A stretch of 64,000 bases of DNA from Candidatus Bathyarchaeota archaeon (lineage in GTDB: Archaea; Thermoproteota; Bathyarchaeia; Bathyarchaeales; Bathycorpusculaceae): positions 9,909 through 73,908 of the forward strand of contig CAVZKL010000019.1 in the NCBI GenBank assembly GCA_963775895.1, read 5' to 3'. The translations under genes and the position numbers were made by a program. Position 1 is the first letter of the stretch. The number at the start of each line of letters is the position of its first letter. Below, one piece after another: positions 22,499-33,577 of the stretch. A model generated the notes under the pieces. It was not told where the DNA came from. It did not search any database and saw only the letters and a program-made list of their open reading frames with translations.

Positions 22499-23581
22499 TT
22501 GCAATTAGGTGTCAAAGACTTGTCAAAGATAAAAGTGGCCTTGGTTGGCGTCGGTAACTGCGCCTCGGCTTTGGTCCAAGGTCTGAAGTACTACGGGGGT
22601 GCAGTTAAGGACGATGGTTCCATCGGACTGAGGAATCCTACGTTGGGCGGCTTTCGCCCGAAGGACATAGAGGTTGTTGCTGCTTTTGACATTGACGAAA
22701 AGAAAGTTGGGAAGGATTTGTCGGAGGCTATCGTTGCTCCTCCAAACGATGTTCCAAGGATTGCCGATGTTCCTTTCACAAGTGTCTTGGTGAATAAAGG
22801 ACCCATTTTGGACGGACTGGGCGAGTACGCAAAGAAACTTGTTCGCGTTAGCGACCATCGAGATGCTGATGTTGCGATGATTTTGAAGGAGAATGACGCG
22901 GATATCGTACTGAACCTGCTTCCGAGCGGAGCTGTGAAGGCTTCTCAATGGTATGCTGAACAATCGATTGTGGCTGGTTGTGCATTGGTGAACGTTACAC
23001 CGAATTTCATCGCCAGTGACGCGGCTTGGGCGAAGAAATATGAGGCTGCTGGTCTTCCGCTTGTGGGCGATGATCTGATAGATCAGGTGGGCGCGACCAC
23101 TTTGCACAAGACTCTTCTAAATCTGCTTTCGATGAACGGTGTGCGTATCACAGAAACATATCAGCTGGATGTTGGCGGGGGAATGGAATCCTTGGACACG
23201 CTGGAGAGAACGAAGGACGTTAAGCGTACTGTGAAAACGAAGTCAGTTGAGGCTGCTTTGCCCTATTCGGCTGCTGTTGTTGCGGGCTCGACGGATTACG
23301 TTGATTTTATGCAGAACAGACGTGACAGCTATTTCTGGATCGGAGGTGTTTACTTCGGCAATGCGAGGATGCAGATGGATTTGAAGCTTTCAACCGTTGA
23401 TGCGCCCAATGCTGGTTCGGTTTTGCTGGACTTGATCCGAGCTGTAAGATTGGCTATGGACAGAAAATTGAAGGGTGCTGTGCTGCCCATCTGTGCTTAC
23501 GCTTTCAAGCATCCGCCGCAATTCATGTCGCTTGAGACTGCTGAGAAATTGTTCGCAGAATTCGTTGCTGGAGAAGGTTAA
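22499..23581 (+). CDS. myo-inositol-1-phosphate synthase
   Basis: GVGNCASALVQG, VAAFDID..KVGKDLSEAI, PLVGDD...QVGAT, DAPNAG. Confidence 0.88.
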   Translation: MQLGVKDLSKIKVALVGVGNCASALVQGLKYYGGAVKDDGSIGLRNPTLGGFRPKDIEVVAAFDIDEKKVGKDLSEAIVAPPNDVPRIADVPFTSVLVNKGPILDGLGEYAKKLVRVSDHRDADVAMILKENDADIVLNLLPSGAVKASQWYAEQSIVAGCALVNVTPNFIASDAAWAKKYEAAGLPLVGDDLIDQVGATTLHKTLLNLLSMNGVRITETYQLDVGGGMESLDTLERTKDVKRTVKTKSVEAALPYSAAVVAGSTDYVDFMQNRRDSYFWIGGVYFGNARMQMDLKLSTVDAPNAGSVLLDLIRAVRLAMDRKLKGAVLPICAYAFKHPPQFMSLETAEKLFAEFVAGEG

Positions 23582-23590
23582 GTCCGAATC

Positions 23591-24703
23591 CTACGCTTTG
23601 CTTAGTTTTCTCAGTTCTCGAATTGTCTTTTCCCTTATTCCAGTCTCTTTGAGTCTTTCTTTGAGCAGAGAAATGGTTTTGACTGGTGTAGGGTCCACGC
23701 CTCGCAGCACTGCAAGGTAGACGCTCGTAAAATCCCCAACGCATATTACTGATGACATTTTGGCGAGTTTGCTTTTTCCTTCAGTCCACACTGTAAAAGT
23801 TCCCACGGATGTCTTGTTGATCATTTCTTTTGTGAATTCGATTCTTTTCTTGATCTCATCAGGTTCGTCTACATCACGGATGAAAATGACCGAGACATAT
23901 GGGCTGAATTCCTCTGCTTGTTCCCACGCCACGATCTCATTGTGGTTGAGTTCTGGGAAGTATTCCCATTTTGCCAAGTTCTTGCTGTTTTCGTTGATCT
24001 GTGTCTTCAGGCGTTGAGCAACAGCCCGATAGAATCTGAAGCCATAAACCATCGGTATTGTTCCGTTGATTTCCGATGCCAAAGTCTTAGCCTTGTTGCT
24101 GCTTACGCGGTTCTCGGGCGAATTTTCGGCACTAACTTGTTTCAGGATTTTTACGGTCTCCTGGAACTCCGCTTCAACTCCGGAAGCAAGATCAAGCTTC
24201 TGCAATATCGCTGGCAGTGGTAAGAACAAGTAAGGAAGAGTGGCTCGCGGAGCCATTCCGCTTGGAACAAGCAGATGTGGAACGTTAAGTTTCTCAGCGA
24301 ACTCGCGGAGTGCTCCTCCTGAGCTTATGCTGATTATCATGCATTTTCTTCTTAGAGCCTCGAGGAATACGCTGAGGGTTTCTTCAGTCTCCCCCGAATA
24401 GCTTGTGCAGAAGACCAGTGTGTTCTTGTTTGCGTAACGGGGAAGACAATAATCTCGACAAACCTCGATTGGAACTGTCAATACGTTTTGAGCCCAATCT
24501 TTAGCAAGTTCTCCGCCTATGGCTGAGCCGCCCATACCTGCGACAACTATGTTCTCGGGTCTGGGAAAGCTTGCTTTGAATTGTTCTGCAACCCTGGCTG
24601 CTTTTTCATAATGCATGGGTGCGTCAACGCAGAACGAAAGCATGTTGCTCTTGTCAATCTTCTTGATCTCGCTAAGACTGTCCAATCTAATCGATTTCTT
24701 CAA
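23591..24703 (-). CDS. Bifunctional phosphoglucose/phosphomannose isomerase
   Basis: GMGGSAIGG, SYSGETEET, KTQINENSK, PELNHNEI, GVDPTPV. Confidence 0.92.
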   Translation of the reverse strand: MKKSIRLDSLSEIKKIDKSNMLSFCVDAPMHYEKAARVAEQFKASFPRPENIVVAGMGGSAIGGELAKDWAQNVLTVPIEVCRDYCLPRYANKNTLVFCTSYSGETEETLSVFLEALRRKCMIISISSGGALREFAEKLNVPHLLVPSGMAPRATLPYLFLPLPAILQKLDLASGVEAEFQETVKILKQVSAENSPENRVSSNKAKTLASEINGTIPMVYGFRFYRAVAQRLKTQINENSKNLAKWEYFPELNHNEIVAWEQAEEFSPYVSVIFIRDVDEPDEIKKRIEFTKEMINKTSVGTFTVWTEGKSKLAKMSSVICVGDFTSVYLAVLRGVDPTPVKTISLLKERLKETGIREKTIRELRKLSKA

Positions 24704-24816
24704 CTCTATGCACGACCAACACGTTGAGGGCTTGAGGAAACCCTATGATGTTTTCAGCTTTTAAGTCGAATGTGTAATAAGTGTACTGAACCACAACGTC
24801 AAGAGACAGATTTGAC

Positions 24817-25701
24817 ATGAAAAAACTGTCCATTGCGATCCCAGCTTCTGTTGTTTCAGACACTCCTCATTTGCGTGAAAAAACGTCAAAGATAGGTTCG
24901 ATTGGAAGAGCAGCAGCGATTTTCAAGGTGAACAACATAATAATCTACCCAGATGATCCGCGCCTAAGCCGGGAAAAAGACGCCGATTTGATTGCGAGAC
25001 TTCTTGCGTACATGGAAACTCCTCAATACCTCAGAAAGAGACTGTTCGAGCTGAGTCCAGATCTGCAGTTCGCCGGGATACTGCCTCCTCTGCGCACGCC
25101 TCATCATCCTTTGAATCGCAACAGTAGAGATCTCAAGATGGGCGAGTTTCGAGAAGGAGTCGTCTTGTCTAGGGCAAAGCAAGGGGTTCTTGTGGACATC
25201 GGTGTTGAACAGCCGGCTTTGGCAAAGAACATGGAAGTGAGCGTCGGCCAGCGCGTCACTGTGAAAGTCGTGAAAACGGGACGTCCTGTTGAGGTTGAAC
25301 CCGCAGATCGCAATGAGGTTCCATCATACTGGGGGTACGTGGTCAAAGTGGAAAAACGGTCTTTGGGCAAAATGCTAGGGACTGGAGATTTCGATTTGAA
25401 GATTGCCACTTCAAAGTACGGTTCACCTTTCTCTGGATTGAGAGAAAAACTGATTGGGAAGTGGGCTCGGCTAGGCAGGTTCTGGTGGTTTTCGGAGCCC
25501 CCACAGTTGGGTTGAGTGAAATAGATAGCACGTGAGGGACTTAAACTCGATGATGTCGTGGATTTTGTGGTCAACACTATTCCAAATCAAGGAACGGAAA
25601 CTGTGAGGACAGAAGAGGCTGTTCTCGCGTCTTTGGCAGTTTTCAACGTTGATCTTGACAGAGACTATGTGAAAAGAGCTGCCTTCGGGACAAAGGGATA
25701 A
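24817..25701 (+). CDS. SPOUT-class RNA methyltransferase (DUF171-like); two frameshifts near 25470-25525
   Basis: ETPQYLRK..F...DLQFAGILPPLRTPHH; C-terminal NTIPNQGTETVRTEEA in another frame. Confidence 0.85.
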
Positions 25702-25727
25702 ATGTCGGTTTCTCTAATGTTGCCTCC

Positions 25728-26564
25728 ATGTATTTCGACATCACTATGCCCTTGACGCTCTTCGCTGTCACCTTGGTTTCCTTTTTTCTGAACGAGAAAA
25801 CCGAGAACAAGCTGAAGAATACCATGGATGAACGGCAGCTTGGTGTCTGGGATGCTGTTTTGCTTGTGGGCGTGATGGCGGTTATGATCTATTTGATTAT
25901 TTTCGTGAGAGAAATCACGTTGATTCTGATGGCCCTGTTTCTTTTCGCTTATTCGATGCTCTTATTCACGTTTACCTACATGTTTTCAAAGGACCGATGG
26001 TACATCGCCATTATACCTCCAGCAGTGTTCGTCATTCTTTATGTGCTGCTGAGGGACACAGCGGTTTGGGCATATTATCTGTCTAACATTTACGCTCTCA
26101 TTTTCGCCGTCCTAATCACACTCTACCTGGTGAGCTTGTTCACTTGGAAAACAACCGCTGTCTTCGGAGTCCTACTGACCGCGATGGACATTGTCTTGGT
26201 CTTCGTAACCGGAACTATGGTGGAAGCTGCTAAGGTTACAACTAGCTTGAGGCTTCCTGTGATGGTTTCTCTTCCGCTTATTCCACCATGGCCAGGGTCT
26301 GGTTTGGCCTTTCTCAGTCTTGGCTTGGGGGACTTTTTCTTCGCCGGATTGCTAGGAGTGCAAACTCTGAAAAGATACGGAAAACGCTTTGCCATTATTA
26401 CAGCTGCTGGCATGACTATTTCCTTTTTCCTCTTTGAGCTGCTGTTGCTGAACTCCTTGCGCATACCTTTCGCTGGTACACTGATGATTATCTGCGGTTG
26501 GGCGCCCCTAGTGATTGGTAAAGAATTGAGCAAGAAACCTGTTGCCTCGGCAACCTCGTCTTAG
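25728..26564 (+). CDS. Presenilin/SPP-like GxGD intramembrane aspartyl protease
   Basis: Polytopic; AMDIVLVFVTGTMV and LGLGDFFF catalytic motifs. Confidence 0.75.
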   Translation: MYFDITMPLTLFAVTLVSFFLNEKTENKLKNTMDERQLGVWDAVLLVGVMAVMIYLIIFVREITLILMALFLFAYSMLLFTFTYMFSKDRWYIAIIPPAVFVILYVLLRDTAVWAYYLSNIYALIFAVLITLYLVSLFTWKTTAVFGVLLTAMDIVLVFVTGTMVEAAKVTTSLRLPVMVSLPLIPPWPGSGLAFLSLGLGDFFFAGLLGVQTLKRYGKRFAIITAAGMTISFFLFELLLLNSLRIPFAGTLMIICGWAPLVIGKELSKKPVASATSS

Positions 26565-26632
26565 CTAATTCTAGAAACGTGGATGATATTAGAACTGAAT
26601 AATGGTAAAACAATAAAGAAGAGCGTCGGTTT

Positions 26633-26956
26633 TTAACCGAAGAGAGCGCCCAGTCCTTCGAGTGCTGCTTCTTCCTTAGCTTTTTCGTCCTCTTTCTTCT
26701 TCTTTTCGTCTTCCTTTGGCTTTGCTTCTGCTGCTGGCGCGGCTGCTGCGGGTGCAACTGCGGCTGGTGCTGCCATCATAGTCGGGGCAGATTTGATTGC
26801 TTCATCGATTTTGACTTCGGCGAGTGATGCTACGAGTGCTTTGACGCGAACTACGTCGGCGTTAATGCCTGCGGCCGTCAAAACTTGCGTTAGGTTTGCT
26901 TCGTTGATTTCTTTTCCTGCTTTGTGAAGAAGCATTGCAGCGTAAATGTATTCCAT
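26633..26956 (-). CDS. rpl12: 50S ribosomal stalk protein aP1 (L12)
   Basis: [11 protein letters not shown], Ala-rich hinge, GLGALFG end. Confidence 0.97.
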   Translation of the reverse strand: MEYIYAAMLLHKAGKEINEANLTQVLTAAGINADVVRVKALVASLAEVKIDEAIKSAPTMMAAPAAVAPAAAAPAAEAKPKEDEKKKKEDEKAKEEAALEGLGALFG

Positions 26957-26983
26957 ATCCTTTCACCTCTCACATCGACTATT

Positions 26984-27865
26984 TTAACTTTTTTCGGTTG
27001 CCACTTTTTCTTGTAACGTGGGCACTCTACTACTTAAACTTAGCATTTGGGCATTTGCTTTTCTTATTAGGTCTTCTATGGTTTCTTTCGTGGGTATCGC
27101 GGCTGCTAGGGCCAAGGCGTAGGCTTCTTTGTGGGCGACCTGTAAGAGTGCTACCATGTTATCTTCAGTCGGATAACTGATGCCCAACGACAATGCAAAA
27201 GCGTTGGCGTACGCATTTTCAATGTCGTGCTTAGTTCCGTCCACGTCTATTTTGAGTTGCTCTTGTTTTATGATTAATCCTTCGTCAAACGCCACCGTCA
27301 TTGCCAGTCCTGCTTCAACAGGCTTTATTCCCAGCTTTGAAAGCATGCTGGCAAGTCTTTCATTGATTACCTCTCCTTTCTTGACGACTAGCGTGTCTCT
27401 GTTTATCCAGACGCTTCCAGACTCGATTCGTGTCGGTAAACCGACAGCGTTCAGCTGGCTGATTATTGGCCCTGGAGGCTGCCCGGTGTTTCCGGCTGGA
27501 ACGATGACGTCGAACGCTGCTACGTCGCCTGACTTGGCCGTCGTTTTGACTTTTCCTTTTTCAAGAATCAGAGCCAGTTTAAACGGGTTCAAGTCTGTGA
27601 AAATGAAAACGTTCGAGCCCTTCAGATGTTCTTCCAGCTTCTTCAGCTCGGGCTTCTCTTTGCAGTTCTCAATGGCTAGTTTCATCAGAGTGTTCTTCAA
27701 GACTCTCATGAATACTTTGTCTGCAAGGTTCTTCTTGAATTCCTGCAGCTGAGCTGCCCTGACCTTGTTGAGACTGGCGATGCCGATGATTTTGTAGCGG
27801 TTAACAAGGCTGGTTAATGCTTCAACTTCCTTCGTTTTCTGCTGCAAAATCTGTTCGGACGGCAT
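26984..27865 (-). CDS. rpl10: 50S ribosomal protein L10 (P0)
   Basis: KNTLM, NPFKL, PAGNTGQPPGP, KLGIKP. Confidence 0.96.
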   Translation of the reverse strand: MPSEQILQQKTKEVEALTSLVNRYKIIGIASLNKVRAAQLQEFKKNLADKVFMRVLKNTLMKLAIENCKEKPELKKLEEHLKGSNVFIFTDLNPFKLALILEKGKVKTTAKSGDVAAFDVIVPAGNTGQPPGPIISQLNAVGLPTRIESGSVWINRDTLVVKKGEVINERLASMLSKLGIKPVEAGLAMTVAFDEGLIIKQEQLKIDVDGTKHDIENAYANAFALSLGISYPTEDNMVALLQVAHKEAYALALAAAIPTKETIEDLIRKANAQMLSLSSRVPTLQEKVATEKS

Positions 27866-27880
27866 TTGTTTTCCTCTCTT

Positions 27881-28531
27881 CTATGGTTGTATCTTCACAG
27901 GTTTGCCCATGGCTGTTTTTATGTAGGCAGACTTGATGTTTTTCATTCCTTTTTTAAGTTTGCCTTCTAAAACCCTTATGACCGTTTGCACGTTTTCCGT
28001 TATTTCTTCGTCCTTCATGTTTTCAGTTGCAACACGGTTCTGCAGTATCGGTTGATTGCGCATTCTGACGATGATCGTTTTCCGATTTTTCTTTATCAAA
28101 TTCGCTATGTCTGCGGAAGGCGGAACTGGTACAGGCATTTTTCCCCTTGGACCAAGAACGGAGCCCAGAGTTCTACCTACCAGAGGCATCAGTGGAGCCT
28201 CTGCAATGAAGAAGTCATAATTGTTAGCTACCTTGCGCAGCTCCTGCTTCTTCCCTGCTAGAGATTCGAGTTCCCCTCTTTCAATCACGTAGTCTGCCTT
28301 TGCGTTCTTGGCTTTCATAGCCAGCTCGCCAGAACCTATGACACATACCTTGTTAAGCTTCTCAGGGGCGTATGGAAGTTCTATGATTTCCTGAATCTTG
28401 CTCTCGGGTGCTTTCATGTCAATGTCTTGCAGTTTTATGATTAGCTCTATGGATTGGGTGAATTTTCTCTTTTGCGACTTTTCTTTCGCTTCTTTCACTG
28501 CATTCAGGATCGTTTTTTGGTCTAAGGGCAA
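27881..28531 (-). CDS. rpl1: 50S ribosomal protein L1
   Basis: KRKFTQSIEL, LGPRGKMP, KTAMG. Confidence 0.97.
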   Translation of the reverse strand: MPLDQKTILNAVKEAKEKSQKRKFTQSIELIIKLQDIDMKAPESKIQEIIELPYAPEKLNKVCVIGSGELAMKAKNAKADYVIERGELESLAGKKQELRKVANNYDFFIAEAPLMPLVGRTLGSVLGPRGKMPVPVPPSADIANLIKKNRKTIIVRMRNQPILQNRVATENMKDEEITENVQTVIRVLEGKLKKGMKNIKSAYIKTAMGKPVKIQP

Positions 28532-28592
28532 TTCGAAAGCCTCGTGCCATTGAGGGAATGGAATGCGGTTATAAAAATATTCTCTCTTGCGT

Positions 28593-29082
28593 TCAACTCT
28601 TGCTCAGTACGTCATCGTACTTGCCTTGATCGATGTCTTTTTGAACTTCGCGGGGGTCTTTGCCTTCAGCCGTCACGCCTATGCTTACGCACACACCTAG
28701 AATTTCCTTCGTTGCTCCCTTCAGAGTTTTCGACAACAGTTCGGGGCGTTTCATCTTTGCTATTCGTATGACCTGATCGATAGGTGAGGTTTCCGACTTT
28801 CGCCGTGTTTGGCGTGCCTGAACCCTTTTCGATTTTCAATTCGCTGACGATCAGCGCGGACGCCGTTGGCGTTCCAACCGTAACGTCGAACTGTTTCGTG
28901 TCAGGATCGACGAGGACTTTGACGGGAACCTTCATCCCCGAATAGTCTTTCGTAAGTTCGTTTATCTTGTTAACAATCGCCATGACGTTTACGCCCAATG
29001 GGCCAAGTGCTGGACCCAGAGGCGGCCCGGCGTTTGCTTGTCCTCCGCTTACGAGGAGTTCTATTGTTTTTTTGTCTGCCAT
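28593..29082 (-). CDS. rpl11: 50S ribosomal protein L11; one frameshift near 28783
   Basis: [18 protein letters not shown]; C-terminal [20 protein letters not shown] in a shifted frame. Confidence 0.95.
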
Positions 29083-29083
29083 T

Positions 29084-29572
29084 TCATGTTTCACCTTCAG
29101 TTTTTTTCTTTGCTCTCTCGACGAGTTTTACGTATTCCGAGTTGACTGTAATGGGCAGAGTGAAGGTTGCTTCGAGCAATTCAAGTGTGACTTCCGCCTT
29201 GGTTTTGTCGATTCTCGTTATTTTGGCGCGCATGCCTTTGAATGGCCCGCCAGTTATCTCCACGATGTCGCTCTCATTCAACTCTTCAAGTATGGGTTTC
29301 TTGACTATGTATCTTTCAATTTCCGCGAAACTAACGATGCCAGGCACTCTTGAGCGCACATGCTTTATTCCTGCTATGGCTTCTTCGACAAGGTGCGGGC
29401 CTTCAGCTTCTATGAACACGTATCCTTTAAGTGTTTCAGGCGCCAGAATTGCCTTTATGGGGATTTTGGTCATCTCCACTTTTGAAGCGATCAGTCTGGC
29501 GACGTTTCTTTCCTGACCAGTTGTCGTCTTCACGGCGAAAATTTTCGTGGTGTACTCTTCGGGTTTTTCCAT
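29084..29572 (-). CDS. spt5: Transcription elongation factor Spt5 (NusG)
   Basis: FAVKTTTGQE, KGYVFIE, KOW motif VEITGGPFKG. Confidence 0.96.
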   Translation of the reverse strand: MEKPEEYTTKIFAVKTTTGQERNVARLIASKVEMTKIPIKAILAPETLKGYVFIEAEGPHLVEEAIAGIKHVRSRVPGIVSFAEIERYIVKKPILEELNESDIVEITGGPFKGMRAKITRIDKTKAEVTLELLEATFTLPITVNSEYVKLVERAKKKTEGET

Positions 29573-29585
29573 CGATACTTTCCTT

Positions 29586-29816
29586 CTAGCCGATGGAACC
29601 ACGGAGAATCAAGATGAGAACAAAACTTGTCGCTGACGATGTTTGGCTTCCCGGTTGCACGACGGATGACAGCAGTTTTATCACGAAACCTATTACTCCT
29701 ATGGCACTGATGCCCAGCAGGCATATTTTTATCGACAGCCAAAGCTCGCTTCTTCCAGGCTTGATCGCCAATCTGAGTGTTCTTGCACATTGTGTTAGGA
29801 AATCTCTTAAGCCCAT
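29586..29816 (-). CDS. secE: Protein translocase SecE/Sec61-gamma
   Basis: RTLRLAIKPGRSE..., GVIGFVI; position upstream of spt5. Confidence 0.9.
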   Translation of the reverse strand: MGLRDFLTQCARTLRLAIKPGRSELWLSIKICLLGISAIGVIGFVIKLLSSVVQPGSQTSSATSFVLILILRGSIG

Positions 29817-30104
29817 GTTTATCGCTTTCTCAATTCATCAGTCTGACATAATTGCTTGCTTGAAAGCCAACAATTATCGTTCTCTACCTAGTTCCTACTA
29901 GGTTGCTCTTCTAGAAAAACGTAGGGGAGTATTTATGTCTTTTTAAGATCATTTCTCCATCAGCAGCGGACCTGCCAATATGAAAGCTAGAGATTCGTTG
30001 TATGGTTTGACGGATCGAGGGGCATGAACGTGCGAGGCAGTGGTGATTGTCGGTTTCAAGATACTCTGCGATTTTTCATCAAGAGTACTTGGACCTAGGA
30101 AGTT

Positions 30105-30928
30105 CTAGGCTCTCTCGAATTTCAGGTCTGCCTTGCCTAGAGCCTCGATGAGATCAGGTTTGTCTTCTCCTCTGATTCCCTTCCAATCGAGGATTGCGGT
30201 GTCCACTCTTTCCACGGTTCTTTCTCTGCATTGCCTGAGTATTGAGGGATCGATCTTTGACACTGCGTATTTGGGAATCATGTGTCCAAAAGCCAAATCT
30301 CCTTCAAGCGCCATCCGAGTGAACTTGGCGTTGTAATGCGGACCGCCTATACCCATCACTGTTCTGAGTGGGTAATTGCCAAACTGTTTGATGGCTTCGA
30401 TCGCTGAGTGTGCAACCGCGTCTGCAGCATTCACGTCACTCCATTGTCGTGGAGAGCTTCCCAGTTCAACGAACATTGTGGGCAGATTTAATGAGGGTCC
30501 ATGGTGCGTCCCTTCGTACGAGACCTCGTAGTCTAACTGCATTTCATTTTTCAGCGTGAGCATGGTTCGCAGGGCCGTTCGCATGAGATTTCCTGCGGAA
30601 ATCGATACCGTTCTCGGGATTCCGCCGAGTTCTGCTTCGGCGAGGTTGCCCGGTGTGTGAACGGAGAGAGTTGGGGTTCCGCTCATGCTGCTGTGTCGGG
30701 AGATGAAGACGACGAGTTCCAGGTTTGTGAATGATTCCGCAAGATGTTGTGCGTAGATGGATTCTTTGTTCAACGTTACGAGTTCAACTTTCTTGTCGTT
30801 TATGTTGGCTTCATAGGCTGGGTTTGATTCGAACTTGTCAGTTTTTTCCTTGAAATATAGTTACTCAAGACTTGTTTTCGGATGTTCAGGCTTGCAGGGT
30901 CTTTGTTTGAGGCGACGATGATGATCAT
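30105..30928 (-). CDS. dtdA: Archaeal D-aminoacyl-tRNA deacylase; frameshift near 30855
   Basis: SNKDPASLNI N-terminus, SRHSS, LSVHTPGN, EGTHHGP, FVELGS, GGPHY, GHMIPKY. Confidence 0.92.
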
Positions 30929-31029
30929 CTATGTGCATCCAAGTGAAGATAGGAGATCGTGAGAAAAAGGTTTGCATAAAGCTTATAATCGTTGAAGGTT
31001 GTTGAACGGTTTGAAGTCAATTCAAGGGT

Positions 31030-31951
31030 TTGAGTATGCATCTGCTTAATTTCAAAGAACTGAACGGCAAGCAACTCGTCAAAATGATTGACACGGGTAT
31101 CGAGATCAAACACGATCCCAACAAGTACAGTGAGGCTTTGAAAGGCAAGTCTTGTGCACTGCTTTTCCAGAAGACCAGTACCAGAACCAGGGTCTCTTTT
31201 GAAGTGGCTATGACTCAGCTCGGTGGACATGCGTTGTTCATCGATTGGAGGTCAACGAATTTTGCTTTGGCGGACGTGGGCGACGAAGTTCAATATCTCT
31301 CTCGAAACGTCGACTGCATCATGGCGAGACTGTTGAAAAACGCGGATCTGCAGACCATGGCCAAAAACTCGCGAGTTCCAGTGATCAACGGATGCGACGA
31401 GAAGTATCATCCCAGTCAAGCCATTGCCGATTTGATAACCGTCAAAGAGAAGAAGGGTAAGCTTAAAGGTGTGAACCTCGTTTACGTGGGAATCCATAAC
31501 AACGTGTGCAACTCGCTTGTTGAAGGCTGCACGAAAACTGGCGTGCGAATAACCACTGTGACACCAATATTCAACGAGGCCGCTCGCGACGTTGAACTTC
31601 TCGAGGCGGCCAAAAAGACGGGATTGTGGGAAACAACTTTGAACTTCAAGCAGGCCGTGAAGGACGCCGATTTTGTTTACACCGACACCTGGGTTGACAT
31701 GGAGTTTTTCACCGACCCGAGATTTGCCGCTGAGAAAAGAGAAGCGTCTCAAACAGATGATGCCCTACCAAATCAACACTGAACTGATTAAGAACAGTAA
31801 GGCCTACGTCATGCATGACATGCCGATTCATAGAGGCTATGAAATAACTGGCGACGTGATCGAAAGCCCGAAGTCGATCATATACCAGCAGGGCGAAAAC
31901 CGACTGTACTCAGCAAAAACAATATTGCTTAAGCTTCTCGAAAAACAGTAG
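31030..31951 (+). CDS. argF: Ornithine carbamoyltransferase; frameshift near 31740
   Basis: STRTRVSFE, HPSQAIAD, NNVCNSL, YTDTWVDM, MHDMP..RGYE, Q.ENRL. Confidence 0.9.
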
Positions 31952-31991
31952 AAACGAAAGCTGTCGAGCTGGGACGTTAGAGCAAGTCAAG

Positions 31992-32897
31992 TTACTTGAG
32001 GATCATTTGCACAAACTTGTCTGGGTCGAACTGTTCCAGATCATCATACGCCTGCCCCGTTCCAATAAACAGGATGGGTTTCTGGGTTACGTAGGTGACG
32101 CTCAGAGCCGAGCCGCCCTTGACGTCTGCGTCGACTTTGGTTAATATCGTTGCGTCTATTCCAACGCACTTGTTGAATTCTTCTGCCTGCATTACCGCGT
32201 CGTTTCCGATCAGTGAATCAACCGTCAGTATCGTCAAATCCGGTTTTACAACGCGCTTGATCTTCGCCAGTTCGTTCATGAGGTTCTGATTCGTCTGCAT
32301 TCTTCCCGCCGTGTCGATGAGCACGACGTTGATTCCATGTGATTTTGCATGGGTGATCGTATCATAAGCCACAGCTGCTGGGTCTGCCCCGTACGCGTGC
32401 TTGATCATCTTCGTTCCCAGTCGCTTTGCGTGTTCTTCCAGCTGTTCAATAGAGCCTGCGCGATAGGTGTCGCTGCAAGCGATCACAGCCGAGTATCCGC
32501 GTTTGCTGAGGAAGCGGCAGACTTTTGCTATAGTCGTTGTCTTGCCGGTTCCGTTGATTCCCACAAAAACTATGATGAAGGGTTCTGCCTTCTTGCGTTT
32601 TTCCTCCAGAGCCTTCAGCAAGTCAATTTTATTGTTTGTTTGCATCGTCTCCAGAAGGACGTCGCGGAGCTGTTGTTCGACGATTCTCTTTCGGTCTTCG
32701 AGACGTTTGACTTGTACCTTGTTCAACCGTTGTTCCATTTCGGTGCAGATTTTTTCTGCTACTGGAAGAGCCACATCGTTTTCCACAAGGCTCATTTTGA
32801 ACTCGGAAAGAATCGGGCGTACGTTTTCGGGTTTGAGCTCTGCTGTGGTTACTTTCGTTACAAGTCCTTTCAGTCCGGACTTGAGTTTCTCAAACAT
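31992..32897 (-). CDS. ftsY: SRP receptor FtsY
   Basis: GINGTGKTTT, DTYRAG, DTAGR, TKVD. Confidence 0.97.
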   Translation of the reverse strand: MFEKLKSGLKGLVTKVTTAELKPENVRPILSEFKMSLVENDVALPVAEKICTEMEQRLNKVQVKRLEDRKRIVEQQLRDVLLETMQTNNKIDLLKALEEKRKKAEPFIIVFVGINGTGKTTTIAKVCRFLSKRGYSAVIACSDTYRAGSIEQLEEHAKRLGTKMIKHAYGADPAAVAYDTITHAKSHGINVVLIDTAGRMQTNQNLMNELAKIKRVVKPDLTILTVDSLIGNDAVMQAEEFNKCVGIDATILTKVDADVKGGSALSVTYVTQKPILFIGTGQAYDDLEQFDPDKFVQMILK

Positions 32898-33336
32898 TTT
32901 CCTGAGGTTTCCTTTCTTTTGCAGCGGCGATTAATGTTTCTGCTCTCTCTCTGTCAAGATTGATTCTTTCTGCGATCTGTGAATACTGTTGCTGTATTGA
33001 TTTTCTAGTCTTGTCGACGTCTTCTAGGCGTTTTTTGATGATTTCCTTTGCTTCTTCTCTTGTCTTTTCAACCGAGACGCCTGCGCCCATTCCCACGATA
33101 ACTTTTTCCGGGTTGTCGAGTTTTGCCCTGACGTACGAGGTTCCTCCTATGGGCACTAGAACCTCCGATTTGTCGCCTTCTTTTTCTAGTCCATCCAGTG
33201 TTGCTTGTGCGTACATGAGGTCATTTGCAGCAGCGTTCACCATGCTCATTCTGGATTGAAGAGCTTCAGCCGTCTGTTCAAGAAGTCGCATCTCAACGCT
33301 AAGTTTTTGAAGCTCCTCTTCACTTTTGCCTGCCAC
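32890..33336 (-). CDS. pfdA: Prefoldin alpha subunit
   Basis: VLVPIGGTSYV, VIVGMGAGVSVEK flanked by coiled coils. Confidence 0.95.
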   Translation of the reverse strand: MAGKSEEELQKLSVEMRLLEQTAEALQSRMSMVNAAANDLMYAQATLDGLEKEGDKSEVLVPIGGTSYVRAKLDNPEKVIVGMGAGVSVEKTREEAKEIIKKRLEDVDKTRKSIQQQYSQIAERINLDRERAETLIAAAKERKPQENV

Positions 33337-33340
33337 TTTC

Positions 33341-33577
33341 CTATTCTCCAGTCACGATTTTTTTCAAAAGCGGGTTTTCAATGTTCTCCGCGGAGACTTC
33401 TTCAACGTTAGTTATCTTGATGTGACAACGTTTTACACGGTGTCTGCTGCCCAACTCCGCATAAACTTTTTCTCTTGCTTGCTCCGGCTTTTCGCATAGG
33501 ATCTCTTTTCTGAATTGAGTTTTCAAGTTGGGCTTAGCTATTTCACCAGTGACTCTGAAGACTTTCAACCCTGTCAT
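33341..33577 (-). CDS. rpl18a: 50S ribosomal protein L18Ae/LX
   Basis: KVFRVTG, EKVYAELGSRHRVKR..IKI. Confidence 0.93.
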   Translation of the reverse strand: MTGLKVFRVTGEIAKPNLKTQFRKEILCEKPEQAREKVYAELGSRHRVKRCHIKITNVEEVSAENIENPLLKKIVTGE

